A stretch of DNA of 64,000 bases, from positions 1,605-65,604 of the forward strand of contig BDTJ01000044.1 in assembly GCA_002897655.1 (NCBI GenBank), in the 5' to 3' direction. The notes under the pieces are model-generated. The model had not been told where the DNA came from and searched no databases. It worked only from the letters and a program-made list of their open reading frames with translations. This DNA is from an archaeon BMS3Abin17 (GTDB lineage Archaea > Nanobdellota > Nanobdellia > Pacearchaeales > GW2011-AR1). Positions 1 to 9,672 of this stretch are shown here, in pieces (within the stretch, counting starts at the first letter, position 1; the number at the start of each line of letters is the position of its first letter). A program made the position numbers and the translations under genes.

Positions 1-87
1 ATAACCCATATATTTTCCTTTTTCTGCAGTATCTGTATCTACAAAAACATCCATTACAGCAGAGCCAAAAGTTATCACATCATACAT
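1..87 (-). CDS. pfkB/ribokinase-family sugar kinase, N-terminal fragment (MYDVITFGSAVMDVFVDT...); gene runs off the window start
   Basis: Reverse-complement of nt 1-87 opens with ATG and reads a ribokinase-like N-terminus. It lies immediately downstream of the PGI stop, in the same operon orientation. Confidence 0.35.
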   Translation of the reverse strand, partial: MYDVITFGSAVMDVFVDTDTAEKGKYMGY

Positions 88-89
88 TT

Positions 90-524
90 TTATTTAAACA
101 CCCTTTTTTTAAACTTGAAATTATAATCATGTCCTGTATCTTTTGAGTATATAGTCAATATCTCAAATCTTTTATTCCCTGTATTAATCAATCTATGCCC
201 TTGATTTTTGGGAATAATATACACTTCTCCTTTTTTCATGCTGATTAGTTTTGCTTTTGCTCCTTGCAACAAAAGTTTTCCTTTTCCGCTTAAAGGAATA
301 TAAATCTCTCTTGACGGTTTTTTATGCCTATGACCTTTTGTCATATAAAACTCCTTATTTATTGTTCCTGGTTCAATTACAGTTAGCCCTGTTTCATATG
401 TTCTGAAATCATTAATATAAACAGTATAGAGTAAAGGATTTCCCCTGACTCCTTTTGTGTTTTTGAATCTGTCTTTCATGTCGTTGAGTTTTCTTACTGT
501 CTTTTTTTCGTATTCTTTTTTCAT
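90..524 (-). CDS. cupin-domain protein, likely cupin-type glucose-6-phosphate isomerase
   Basis: TKGHRHxxPxxEIY and PKNQGHRLIN motifs resemble the archaeal cPGI signatures (TxGHxH...E, PPx3Hx3N). Its start overlaps the pgk stop (ATGA). Confidence 0.5.
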   Translation of the reverse strand: MKKEYEKKTVRKLNDMKDRFKNTKGVRGNPLLYTVYINDFRTYETGLTVIEPGTINKEFYMTKGHRHKKPSREIYIPLSGKGKLLLQGAKAKLISMKKGEVYIIPKNQGHRLINTGNKRFEILTIYSKDTGHDYNFKFKKRVFK

Positions 525-1645
525 CGCAATGCCTCCAGACCAGGAAGTTTTTCACCTGCAATATATCTCAGTAAAGCTCCACCACTCAGGCTGACATTAT
601 CAAATTTCCCCAATTTTATGCGTGATTTTTTAACAGCATCACTTAAGTGTCCACCACCAATTATAGAGTGTCCTTTGTTCTTTGCAATTGCTTTTAATAT
701 GGTAAATGTTCCATTACAGAATTTTCCATCTGCACAAAACCCAACAGGACCTTTCATGTAGATTGAATTTGCTTTTTGTATCTCTTCTATGAAGTTTTTC
801 ATTGTTTTTTCTCCAATATCATAAATTTCATATTTACTTGGAAACTCTTCTAAACTCAGTTCTTTTCTTCTGCTCCTGATTTTAACTGCGAAATCAACAG
901 GTGTCTGAACACCTTTTAGCCTCTTTTTCAACTTACTTATTAAATACAACTTGTCTTTTAAATATTTATTCTGGGCTCCAAGGTTCTTTCCTTTGGAAAT
1001 AAGACATAACTGGCCAAATAACCCACATGCAAGGGATTTTTTTCCTTTCAGGAGTTTCATATTCTCTTCTGGTTTTGCCCCTCCAAGAACATAAAGGCAG
1101 TTTTTGAGATTAATTTTTTTCAGTGATTTAACTTCTTTTTCTAAGAGTCTGCCTGCACAATTCATTAGATATTTTGGAAAACCAACAATAGATGTGTGCT
1201 TCCTATGACATACTGAAAATGCATCATTAACATAAATATCAAATAAAGGAACCAGATTTTTGATTAATCTATTTTGTTTTCCATTAAAATTAAACTCGTC
1301 CTTAAGAAATCTTATATTTTCTAAGAGCAGTGCTTGTCCTGGCTTAAGGTTTTTAATTTCTTTTAATGCTTTTTTGCCAATTATATCATTGACAAATTTT
1401 ACTTTAGTGAACTTGCTTAGGAGCCTGGAATGTTGTTTCAGGCTTGTGAAATATCTGTCTTTGGGTCTTCCTTGGTGTGCAATAATAACAACTTTTGCTT
1501 TTTTCTTTTTCAATTCAGAGATTGTTTCAGAAGCTCTTTTTATTCTTTCTGACATTAAAACTTTTTTATTTACAACATCTGAATTTAAATCAGTCCGCAA
1601 TAGAACTCTCTTATCCCTGAAATTATATGAAGATAGAGTTTTCAT
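521..1645 (-). CDS. pgk: phosphoglycerate kinase
   Basis: N-terminus (RVLLRTDLN) and the central VCHRKHTS motif (PGK AHRAHAS-type) match PGK. Length 374 aa. Confidence 0.85.
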   Translation of the reverse strand: MKTLSSYNFRDKRVLLRTDLNSDVVNKKVLMSERIKRASETISELKKKKAKVVIIAHQGRPKDRYFTSLKQHSRLLSKFTKVKFVNDIIGKKALKEIKNLKPGQALLLENIRFLKDEFNFNGKQNRLIKNLVPLFDIYVNDAFSVCHRKHTSIVGFPKYLMNCAGRLLEKEVKSLKKINLKNCLYVLGGAKPEENMKLLKGKKSLACGLFGQLCLISKGKNLGAQNKYLKDKLYLISKLKKRLKGVQTPVDFAVKIRSRRKELSLEEFPSKYEIYDIGEKTMKNFIEEIQKANSIYMKGPVGFCADGKFCNGTFTILKAIAKNKGHSIIGGGHLSDAVKKSRIKLGKFDNVSLSGGALLRYIAGEKLPGLEALR

Positions 1646-1654
1646 CTTCAGTTC

Positions 1655-2650
1655 TCATTTAAACTTCCCTAATAATTTTATCAACTCAACCATTCTTGCA
1701 CTATAACCATACTCATTATCGTACCACGCAAGTATTTTTACAGTATTCCCAATCACAATTGTTGAAAGACCATCAATAATAGAAGAATGTGGATTTCTTA
1801 TAACATCAGAAGAGACAATCTCATCTTCTGTGTATTCTAAGATTCCTTTTAATTTTCCAGAAGCATTTTTTCTTAGTGTATTGTTTAATTGCTCTTTTGT
1901 AACACTTTTATTTAACTCAGCTACAAAATCAACAATACTTCCACAGGCAACAGGAACTCTAAGAGCCAATCCATCTAATTTTCCTTTCAGGTTTGGAATC
2001 ACCTGTATTGTTGCAGTTGTTGCTCCAGATGTTGTTGGAACAATGTTTGTTGCAGCTGCTCTCCCTCTTCTTATTTTTCTATGTGAAGAGTCAAGAATTC
2101 TCTGGCTGGTTGTATATGCATGAACCGTTGTCATAAACCCTTTTTTTATTCCATAAGTATCTTCCAATACTTTTGCAAGAGGAGCCAGGCAATTAGTAGT
2201 GCAGCTTGCCATTGAGATTATTTTATGCTGTTTTTTAAGTTTGTCCTGATTGACTCCAAGGACAATAGTAATATCTGCACTTTTAGAAGCTGCAGAAATA
2301 ATAACTTTTTTGGCACCTGCCTTTAGGTGTTTTTCAGCATCTTTTCTTTTTCTAAATAATCCTGTTGATTCAATAACCAAATCTATTCCAAGCTTTTTCC
2401 ATGGAAGTTTTGCAGGATCTGCTTCACTTAAGACTTTTATCTTTTTCCCATTAATCTTTACAAAATCCTTCCCAAATTCAACTTTCTTATCATATTTTCC
2501 ATATACAGAATCATATTTTAATAAATAAGCAAGTGTTTTAGCTCCAGACATATTATTCACTGCAACAACATTAACTCCTTTTTCCAGAGCTATTTTAAAG
2601 ACATTCCTTCCAATTCGTCCAAGACCATTAATTGCTACTTTGATTTTTAC
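1655..2650 (-). CDS. gap: glyceraldehyde-3-phosphate dehydrogenase, type I (bacterial/eukaryotic-like, ASCTTNCLAP active site)
   Basis: SMASCTTNCLAP catalytic motif is present. The reading frame continues upstream of the tracked GTG start through VKIKVAINGLGRIGRNVF (the NAD-binding GxGxxG). No canonical start codon lies between that and the upstream stop. Confidence 0.8.
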   Translation of the reverse strand, partial: VKIKVAINGLGRIGRNVFKIALEKGVNVVAVNNMSGAKTLAYLLKYDSVYGKYDKKVEFGKDFVKINGKKIKVLSEADPAKLPWKKLGIDLVIESTGLFRKRKDAEKHLKAGAKKVIISAASKSADITIVLGVNQDKLKKQHKIISMASCTTNCLAPLAKVLEDTYGIKKGFMTTVHAYTTSQRILDSSHRKIRRGRAAATNIVPTTSGATTATIQVIPNLKGKLDGLALRVPVACGSIVDFVAELNKSVTKEQLNNTLRKNASGKLKGILEYTEDEIVSSDVIRNPHSSIIDGLSTIVIGNTVKILAWYDNEYGYSARMVELIKLLGKFK

Positions 2651-2742
2651 ACTTACCTCTTTTATAATTCACTAAAGAAATCACATTTAATAAAGGTTTT
2701 GATAAAAGATAATCTTATAAAGAAATATTTATATTAATAAAT

Positions 2743-3234
2743 ATGAAATATAAAAAAGAAGAATATGTCTGGCTATTATTAAGAATTAGCATGGCATTTA
2801 TCTTTTTATGGCCCTTTTTTGATAAATTATTTGGTTTGGGTTTTGCTACTACTCCTGATAAGGCGTGGATTGCAGGAAACTCTCCAACATATGGCTTTCT
2901 TGCATTTGGCACTCACGGACCATTTGCTGGTTTCTTCCAGAGTCTTGCAGGCTCTGCTTTTGTAGACTGGTTATTTATGATGGGTTTATTGTTGATTGGG
3001 CTGGCTTTATTACTTGGAATATTTACAAGATTAGCTTGCTATTATGGTTCTTTAATGTTGTTTTTAATGTGGCTTGCTCTTATTCCTCCAGAACACAATC
3101 CTTTTTTAGATGACCACATTATTTATGCACTAATATTAATTGGCATTGCAATAACAAAAACAAGAAAGATATACAGTCTTGAATCTTTGTGGTCTAAACT
3201 TAAATTAGTTAAGAAATATTCTATTTTGAGATAA
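2743..3234 (+). CDS. DoxX-family membrane protein
   Basis: Four predicted TM helices and a DoxX-like N-terminal motif (FIFLWPFFDKLFG). Confidence 0.55.
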   Translation: MKYKKEEYVWLLLRISMAFIFLWPFFDKLFGLGFATTPDKAWIAGNSPTYGFLAFGTHGPFAGFFQSLAGSAFVDWLFMMGLLLIGLALLLGIFTRLACYYGSLMLFLMWLALIPPEHNPFLDDHIIYALILIGIAITKTRKIYSLESLWSKLKLVKKYSILR

Positions 3235-5490
3235 TTATCCTGCAATACCTACTGCCTCTTCTGCATAACCATAATAACCATTATTTGTACTTGGCAGTTC
3301 AACACTATTAATCTCATCTAAATCATCATCTAAATCATTTGCTTTTATGATTTTTTGAGAGATTGTATAGAGTATATTATCCATGTACAGGCTTCTTCTG
3401 ATTCTTGTGCCATAATCATAAGCATATCCTCTCTTAAGCTCGTCTTCTTCTGTTACATGAGTTATTCTTTCTATTAGGTCAAAGCCATCTTCAAGATTGA
3501 TATTATATACATAAGCTCCCTGGAAAGTATATTCTCCATATTGAGAACCATATGTTTTGTTTTCAATCTCATAAAGCTCTATGGGAATTACTAAGAGTTC
3601 TTTTTCTCTGTCAAACAAGAATGCTTTAGGGTCATTAAGTGCTTCTGAGTTTGTTCCCCTATCTCCAATAATAATTTTATGCATTTCTATTGGGTTTTCT
3701 ACATCAGAAACATCAAATATCGCCATCTTTACTCCCTGATACCATGCAAAGTCCCCTTTTTCTGCTTCTTCTGTGTCTTTACCAATTCCAATTATGTGGT
3801 TCTCATCATAAGGGTGCAGATAATTTGAATATCCGGGAATCTTTAATTTGCCTAAAACTTCTGGGTTTTCCGAGTCACTTAAGTCAATTACAAATAAAGG
3901 GTCTACTTTTTTGAAAGTCACCATATACACTCTTTCTCCCATAAATCTCACAGAATATATGCTTTCTCCAGGAGCAAGACCTTCAAGTTCTCCGATTAAA
4001 TTCAAGTTTTCATCAAGAACATAAACATTATTTTGAGTTGAAGACCTTCTTGGGGCTATATCATTTGTGCTTGCAATAATATTAGAATCTCTTGAAGTTG
4101 TAGCAATTCTGAAATTATCATCATACTCATCCATTGAAAACTGATTCAGAATACGTCCTGGAACTTCTCCAGAAGCAACATAATTTATCTCAAGCTTATC
4201 AATAGAAGTTTTGTGTATTATTGTTTTTTCCTGATTATCATCCATTCCCCTATACCAGCCACCATATTTGTATTGGGTTGTATAGATATTATCCTGAGAA
4301 ACATAAATGTTAGAAGAATAGCCGTTTAACATTGTTTCCTGAGTTGTTTCTCCATTATCAATATCTATTCCCAATATAATTGTGTATTGAAATGAATTAT
4401 CTTTAATATCCGAGTAAGCTATTTCCGGAGGTTCTATAACTTCTGTCACTTCATCTTCAATAACTACAGGCAATACAATATCATTTCCATAAACATGCTG
4501 ATTTGTGATAACATATACGTAATCTTTTATCATTCTTGAGCTAATATAATTTCCAGTAACTGATATTTCATGTTCTAATTCAGGTTCTTCTCTATCTGAA
4601 ACATCATAGATGTATATTTTTGTTAGGGTTTCTCTACCTGATGGACAACCCCCATAACATCTTTCAGATGCATAATTAACTTGAGAAGATTCTGTTGAAA
4701 ATATAATCAACTTGTCATCATTAATGAAAATATTACTTACATAATTACTAAGTTCAATCTCACTTAGTATTTCCATATCTTCTGCAGGATATGCTTTTAC
4801 AATAATTACTTTATTTCCTGAAGCAGTGTATATATATTTGCCATCATTTTTTACTATGTCTGCTTCATCAACTCCTTCAACCTGGATGTTTGTCTCTGAA
4901 TATTCGTCTGCTCCGCCTGCACTTTGACCACTAACCCTGGCAGTAGATGCCTCCATTGCCACATCTGTGCTTCCTTTGAACATACTAAAAACACCCCCAT
5001 AATCTTTTGGACTAATAGTATTTTTTTCTATGAAATTTTCCATATCTTTAATAGAGTCAAATGTATTTGTCTGGTTTTGATAACCAGGTCCTTCTAATAT
5101 ATAGGAAAATAAGATTATATTAACCACAAGCACTGCTGCAATTAAAGGTATTATTGTTTTAAGAGCGGTAAGGGTTGGCTTTGATCTGGGAGAGATTACA
5201 ATGTGTTTTTTAGCTACTTTGTACATAGGGATTTTCCTCCCCTTTTTGCTCCAAAAGAAGTTCTTTGTTTTTTCAACCAAGCCAACCCCCATGAGTTTTT
5301 TAAGATTATATTCTGTTGTGTTTAGTGGGATTCCTAAAGTATCTGCAATATCTTTTTCACTTGCCTCTTTTGTTTCTGATAGATGATTAAGAATCTTTTT
5401 GCATGTCTTGTTTCCAATAACTTCTGCGACTTTCTTTGATTTTTCGTCATTCAGGTTCATCATTATGAATTTATCATCCATGACATTCAT
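3235..5490 (-). CDS. membrane-anchored protein with N-terminal winged-helix HTH, one TM segment and an extracellular beta-propeller-like domain
   Basis: ArsR/TrmB-like HTH (EKDIADTLGIPLNTTEYNLKKL), then a hydrophobic helix, then a 600-aa repeat-rich region typical of archaeal beta-propeller surface proteins. Confidence 0.45.
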   Translation of the reverse strand: MNVMDDKFIMMNLNDEKSKKVAEVIGNKTCKKILNHLSETKEASEKDIADTLGIPLNTTEYNLKKLMGVGLVEKTKNFFWSKKGRKIPMYKVAKKHIVISPRSKPTLTALKTIIPLIAAVLVVNIILFSYILEGPGYQNQTNTFDSIKDMENFIEKNTISPKDYGGVFSMFKGSTDVAMEASTARVSGQSAGGADEYSETNIQVEGVDEADIVKNDGKYIYTASGNKVIIVKAYPAEDMEILSEIELSNYVSNIFINDDKLIIFSTESSQVNYASERCYGGCPSGRETLTKIYIYDVSDREEPELEHEISVTGNYISSRMIKDYVYVITNQHVYGNDIVLPVVIEDEVTEVIEPPEIAYSDIKDNSFQYTIILGIDIDNGETTQETMLNGYSSNIYVSQDNIYTTQYKYGGWYRGMDDNQEKTIIHKTSIDKLEINYVASGEVPGRILNQFSMDEYDDNFRIATTSRDSNIIASTNDIAPRRSSTQNNVYVLDENLNLIGELEGLAPGESIYSVRFMGERVYMVTFKKVDPLFVIDLSDSENPEVLGKLKIPGYSNYLHPYDENHIIGIGKDTEEAEKGDFAWYQGVKMAIFDVSDVENPIEMHKIIIGDRGTNSEALNDPKAFLFDREKELLVIPIELYEIENKTYGSQYGEYTFQGAYVYNINLEDGFDLIERITHVTEEDELKRGYAYDYGTRIRRSLYMDNILYTISQKIIKANDLDDDLDEINSVELPSTNNGYYGYAEEAVGIAG

Positions 5491-5596
5491 AGAAAAAAGG
5501 TGTTTATAAACGCAGCGAAGAGTTCAAAGGGAATTGAAGTTATGGGTGTTTTGATAGCCAAAGCAGTGTGCTAGAATTTTTTTACCATAAATTCTT

Positions 5597-6085
5597 TTAT
5601 TTCGCATTGAAAATATCATGATGAGGTTTGCTGTTTCTAAAACTTTCAATTTCATACTGAGAGGGACTTCTTCCATCTATAGCCCTTGCTAATATCTTTG
5701 CAAAATTACTCCCAGAGATATCGTAGAAGGCTTTAAATCTCATTCTTTGTTCAAGATTATCTTTCATAATTCTATTAATGTATTTGAAATTAGGAAGTTC
5801 AACAATAAAAAGATTATCTATTTTTGAAATCCAATTAGAAGGATAAACACAAGCTTCATATAAGTCTGATTTATTACTCCAATCACCAAAAATAATTAAA
5901 TCTGTTTCTTTGTAAAAATCTTCCCAGCATAATGAATACTCTTTGATAGGGCTTTCATATGTGGAAATTTCTGGGTTCCTTGGATTTTCAATATCATCTT
6001 CATAAGGAAGGTATAATAATCTTTGTTTTGATTGTATTTTAACTTTTGAACCTGTTTTTAAGGATTCTAATAATGCAGTTTTCAT
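5597..6085 (-). CDS. hypothetical protein
   Basis: 162-aa ORF with protein-like composition and no recognised motif. Confidence 0.35.
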   Translation of the reverse strand: MKTALLESLKTGSKVKIQSKQRLLYLPYEDDIENPRNPEISTYESPIKEYSLCWEDFYKETDLIIFGDWSNKSDLYEACVYPSNWISKIDNLFIVELPNFKYINRIMKDNLEQRMRFKAFYDISGSNFAKILARAIDGRSPSQYEIESFRNSKPHHDIFNAK

Positions 6086-6199
6086 AAAAAATGAGAACCT
6101 GAGTTTATTTAAAAACTTTTGTTATCTGTGTTTGAAGTTATATCCTAAATTAACAGAAAATATTATAAACAAGAGAATTGTTTTATCATTATAAAAAAG

Positions 6200-6436
6200 A
6201 TGGTTGTTACAATTTATTCAACACCTACATGTCCGCACTGTATTGTTGCAAAAGAGTTCTTCAAGGAAAAGGGAATAAAATACAAAGATATTGATGTTTC
6301 TAAAGATGAAAAAGCAGCAGAAGAAATGGTGAGAAAATCAGGACAGAGAGGAGTTCCTGTTATAGATATAGATGGCAAGATTATTGTTGGGTTTGAAAGA
6401 GATAAGGTTGCTAAGCTGTTGGGTATTAAGGATTAG
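6200..6436 (+). CDS. glutaredoxin (NrdH/Grx-like)
   Basis: CPHC active site and a Grx fold-like sequence. Length 78 aa. Confidence 0.75.
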   Translation: MVVTIYSTPTCPHCIVAKEFFKEKGIKYKDIDVSKDEKAAEEMVRKSGQRGVPVIDIDGKIIVGFERDKVAKLLGIKD

Positions 6437-6470
6437 ATAATTTTAAAACTCTCAATTTTATTTCTATATT

Positions 6471-6740
6471 ATGAAACATCCAGACAAAGTTGTGGGATTT
6501 AATGGAAGCTTAGATGAATTAATAGATTCAATTGGAAATTTAAGATATGATGTATTGGCTAAACTATTAGAAAAACTAGCAGACAACATAGTAATGCAAG
6601 CAAAGGGTGATGAAAAAAGAGATAACGCACAATTAGCAAAAAGGTTATATGCCCATTCTGAAACATTATACAAAGCTGCAGAAGAGATGGAAAAAATTTG
6701 GAAACTTTGTGAACCTTATATGAATGTGGATAAAAAATGA
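6471..6740 (+). CDS. hypothetical protein, 4-nt overlap with downstream PP-loop gene
   Basis: Charged helical 89-aa ORF. Stop and start overlap (ATGA) with the next gene. Confidence 0.4.
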   Translation: MKHPDKVVGFNGSLDELIDSIGNLRYDVLAKLLEKLADNIVMQAKGDEKRDNAQLAKRLYAHSETLYKAAEEMEKIWKLCEPYMNVDKK

Positions 6741-7555
6741 AACTCGAATCAAAAATAAAGCAAACAATTCAAAAATATAAATTATGCAATAAGCGAGAGA
6801 AAGTTATTGTAGCTGTATCTGGAGGAAAAGACTCTACTGTTACTGCATATTTATTGAAGAAGTTTGGTTATAATGTTGAAGCATTTCACATTGATTTGAA
6901 AATAGGAAAATATAGTGAAAAATGCCTTGGTGCTGTGAAGGAGTTATGCAGTGATTTGGATATCAAACTTCACATCTATGACATGAAAAAAGAAATGGGT
7001 AGTGGTATGTGTTATCTCAGGACAGCTATTCAGGCAAAATCAGGAAAAACCAAATTAAAGAACTGCGCAATCTGCGGGGTAATTAAAAAATGGATTTTAA
7101 ATAAAACTGCAAGAAAACTAAAAGCAAGCAAGCTTGCAACAGGACATAATTTAGATGATGAAGCTCAGACTTTTTTAATGAATATATTTAAGGGAAGCCC
7201 GCAGTTAAGCGCAAATACAGGACCAATTTCAAGAAATATATCTGACAAAAAATTTATACCAAGAATAAAGCCATTATTTTATGTTGCTGAGAATGATGTA
7301 AGGGAGTATTCAAAAAAGAAAAAACTTCCGGTGGTATATGAAAAATGCCCTTGTGCCATTGATTCCTACAGGATACAGGTAAGAAAATTCCTAAACACAC
7401 TTCCAACAAAAGAAAAACAAAACATCATGAAAAATTTTGATAAAATTTCTGGAAAAATCCAAAAAGTCAAAAACACAAGGATTGAATATTGTGAAGTTTG
7501 TGGGGAGCCTGCAAGAAAAAACATCTGCAAGAAGTGTGAGTTGGTTGGGGTTTGA
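6737..7555 (+). CDS. PP-loop ATPase, TtuA/NcsA-like tRNA thiolation protein
   Basis: SGGKDS PP-loop motif plus CxxC/CPC/CxxC...C cysteine clusters typical of TtuA/TtcA-family enzymes. Confidence 0.7.
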   Translation: MKLESKIKQTIQKYKLCNKREKVIVAVSGGKDSTVTAYLLKKFGYNVEAFHIDLKIGKYSEKCLGAVKELCSDLDIKLHIYDMKKEMGSGMCYLRTAIQAKSGKTKLKNCAICGVIKKWILNKTARKLKASKLATGHNLDDEAQTFLMNIFKGSPQLSANTGPISRNISDKKFIPRIKPLFYVAENDVREYSKKKKLPVVYEKCPCAIDSYRIQVRKFLNTLPTKEKQNIMKNFDKISGKIQKVKNTRIEYCEVCGEPARKNICKKCELVGV

Positions 7556-7612
7556 GAGAAGTATACTATATTACAATAATCCTTAAGAAACTGATTTTAT
7601 TACAGTTTACGC

Positions 7613-8146
7613 ATGAAAGAAGATAATATCAGAAGAATATCAGATATGATCCCTAGAAGAGGAATTTCAAGAGATTCCAAAAAATATATTCTTCCCATAG
7701 TGAAAGAGTATTTTGGGGGCGTCTCATTAGGTAATCTAAGATCTTCTAGATATGGAAAAGTTCCTAACAAAATATATAGTAGAATTAAGCAGGTTAAAAA
7801 AGATATTAAAAATAAGAGTTTAGAAAAAATCGCACTTATTCTTGGAAAACACGTGTCAGAGTTTTCAGATGACCATGTATTCATAGATGCTGCTGTAAAA
7901 TTATTTCTTATGAATGATGAGATAGGGAAAGATTTCTTTAATACTTTAGACCTGGATGAGAAACAAAAGACATCTTTAAGAAAAGTGTATAAGCAAGATA
8001 AGTGGGATCGTATTGCTGGCGAACCTGAAAAGGAATATAAAGATGATGAAAAACCTGATATCTTTAACATATTAAAAACAATTTCGAAAGACCCTGGATT
8101 GTATGTATTTTTAAAAGATAAGATTATTGATAAGGATTTTCCTTAG
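7613..8146 (+). CDS. hypothetical protein
   Basis: Protein-like charged composition. The overlapping antisense ORF 7600..8070 is S/L/F-rich, which is an antisense artefact. Confidence 0.4.
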   Translation: MKEDNIRRISDMIPRRGISRDSKKYILPIVKEYFGGVSLGNLRSSRYGKVPNKIYSRIKQVKKDIKNKSLEKIALILGKHVSEFSDDHVFIDAAVKLFLMNDEIGKDFFNTLDLDEKQKTSLRKVYKQDKWDRIAGEPEKEYKDDEKPDIFNILKTISKDPGLYVFLKDKIIDKDFP

Positions 8147-8150
8147 ATAT

Positions 8151-8399
8151 TTATCTCTTTTTTCTTTTAGAAGACTTTTTTGATTTTATTTTCTTCATCT
8201 TTGAGAAAACAAATATGTATAATATAGGCAATATTCCTGCTGTGTTTAGAACCAATAAAGCGACAAACCATAATATTGAGTTCTTTCTGGCAGATTTCCA
8301 AAGTGCAACGCCCTTCCATGCAATTGTCCAGATTAGAAGAATAATTACTGAAGGAGTCAATCCCCCCATTGTAGCAAAACCTGTAAATGCCATTTTCAC
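8151..8399 (-). CDS. small membrane protein
   Basis: Two hydrophobic helices followed by a basic tail. Confidence 0.35.
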   Translation of the reverse strand: MKMAFTGFATMGGLTPSVIILLIWTIAWKGVALWKSARKNSILWFVALLVLNTAGILPILYIFVFSKMKKIKSKKSSKRKKR

Positions 8400-8443
8400 C
8401 TCTTAGTTTACTAAGAGGAAATGGTTTATAAAATTACTTATTT

Positions 8444-8851
8444 CTAAAAACCGAGAAAGAGCCCTCTAAAAGGATGTAATTTCTTTCTTAGAGATTTTTT
8501 GATTTTAATATATTTTTCATCAGGAACATCTAAGTTTATTCCAAAATAACCTGGACGAGGCACACATCCACTATACACCGGAGGATTTGATGTATTATAA
8601 TAGATTTCTCCAGAGATATCCCCTGAAACTTTTGCTAAAACAAATCTAGTATCAAAAAGATCTAAATCCGAATCAATAGTCTCAACTGCAGTATTCCCTT
8701 CTTCTAATACTGTTTTTATATCATTTACAGTTTTTGATATTGATTTTTTACTATATTCTCCAGGAAAAGGCATCATCATTAAGCCAGTAGCTAGTAAGAG
8801 GGGTCCTCCCTTAATTTTATGCATTTCTATTGTTTTCATGTAAAATTTCAC
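8444..8851 (-). CDS. hypothetical secreted/membrane-anchored protein
   Basis: N-terminal hydrophobic segment followed by a soluble domain. Confidence 0.35.
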   Translation of the reverse strand: MKFYMKTIEMHKIKGGPLLLATGLMMMPFPGEYSKKSISKTVNDIKTVLEEGNTAVETIDSDLDLFDTRFVLAKVSGDISGEIYYNTSNPPVYSGCVPRPGYFGINLDVPDEKYIKIKKSLRKKLHPFRGLFLGF

Positions 8852-8871
8852 ATCTAATTTCTTTATAAATA

Positions 8872-9252
8872 TTACTTATTTCTAAACCCGACTGAGAGCA
8901 GGTAAATTAAAGAAGAAGATAATGCTCCAAGTGCATCAACTCCAATATCAAAAAAAGAGGAGTCTCTTCCAGGAATAAAATACTGGTGTAGCTCATCTGT
9001 TATCCCGTAAATTATAGAGATTATCAATGCTAAGATAAATATAGCATATTTTTTCTTCCCCTTGAGAGAAGAAATTTGCAAGAAAAGTGCAAAACAAAAG
9101 AAAGCAGAAAAATGATATAATGTTGAAAGCATGTTTATCCTGGATATTCCTGGACCAAAAGTTATTGTTGATATGTAAAATATAGCAATGGCTCCAATAA
9201 GGGTGACAACCCAAGAAATCTTGTTGTGTTTTTCAAACCACCTCAGCACCAT
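8872..9252 (-). CDS. VanZ-family membrane protein
   Basis: DELHQYFIPGRDSSFFDIGVDALG matches the VanZ signature. Multi-TM. Confidence 0.6.
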   Translation of the reverse strand: MVLRWFEKHNKISWVVTLIGAIAIFYISTITFGPGISRINMLSTLYHFSAFFCFALFLQISSLKGKKKYAIFILALIISIIYGITDELHQYFIPGRDSSFFDIGVDALGALSSSLIYLLSVGFRNK

Positions 9253-9267
9253 AAAGTAGAATATAAA

Positions 9268-9305
9268 AAAGTATTTTTAAGGATTTATGTGATTTTTGAA
9301 CGGGA
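9268..9305 (-). promoter_or_regulatory. conserved ~35-nt promoter-proximal element (CGTTCAAAAA-CACATAAATCCTTAAAAA as read on the minus strand) upstream of the VanZ gene
   Basis: A near-identical block recurs at 9560-9600, upstream of the Zn-ribbon gene. It contains a TTAAAAA TATA-like box about 25 nt before the ATG. Confidence 0.45.
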
Positions 9306-9322
9306 AGTATGAAAAATTTATT

Positions 9323-9535
9323 TTATTCTACAGAACCAATTGTTATATAAGTATAATCGCATTTAGTGCATTGATAAGTAATTTCATCTCCTTTTGAGTG
9401 AGTTCTGTCTACAACTATAATTTCCATGATTCTTCTTGGACATCTAGGACATTTAAGTTGATAAGGATATATTTTATCCACCCATTTCCCTGAGCTAATT
9501 AGATTAGTTAATTCATCTATTGTTAAAGTTGCCAT
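9323..9535 (-). CDS. zinc-ribbon protein
   Basis: CPRC ... CTKC four-cysteine ribbon. Length 70 aa. Confidence 0.45.
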   Translation of the reverse strand: MATLTIDELTNLISSGKWVDKIYPYQLKCPRCPRRIMEIIVVDRTHSKGDEITYQCTKCDYTYITIGSVE

Positions 9536-9559
9536 AAGATGATGTGGATCTTTATATTT

Positions 9560-9600
9560 TTTAAGGATTTATGTGTTTTTGAACGGAAAGTGTAAAATGT
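9560..9600 (-). promoter_or_regulatory. second copy of the conserved promoter-proximal element
   Basis: See the copy at 9268-9305. Same orientation relative to the downstream minus-strand gene. Confidence 0.45.
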
Positions 9601-9672
9601 TTAGCATATGTAGGCCTTGATAATATGGGCACAAATAGAAAAGTTTATAAATACGTGCCCATATGATATACT

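Noticed and set aside
7600-8070. Minus-strand 156-aa ORF overlapping the 7613..8146 gene
   Set aside because: It has S/L/F-rich, low-complexity composition typical of the antisense of a lysine-rich gene. The plus-strand ORF is the protein-like one.
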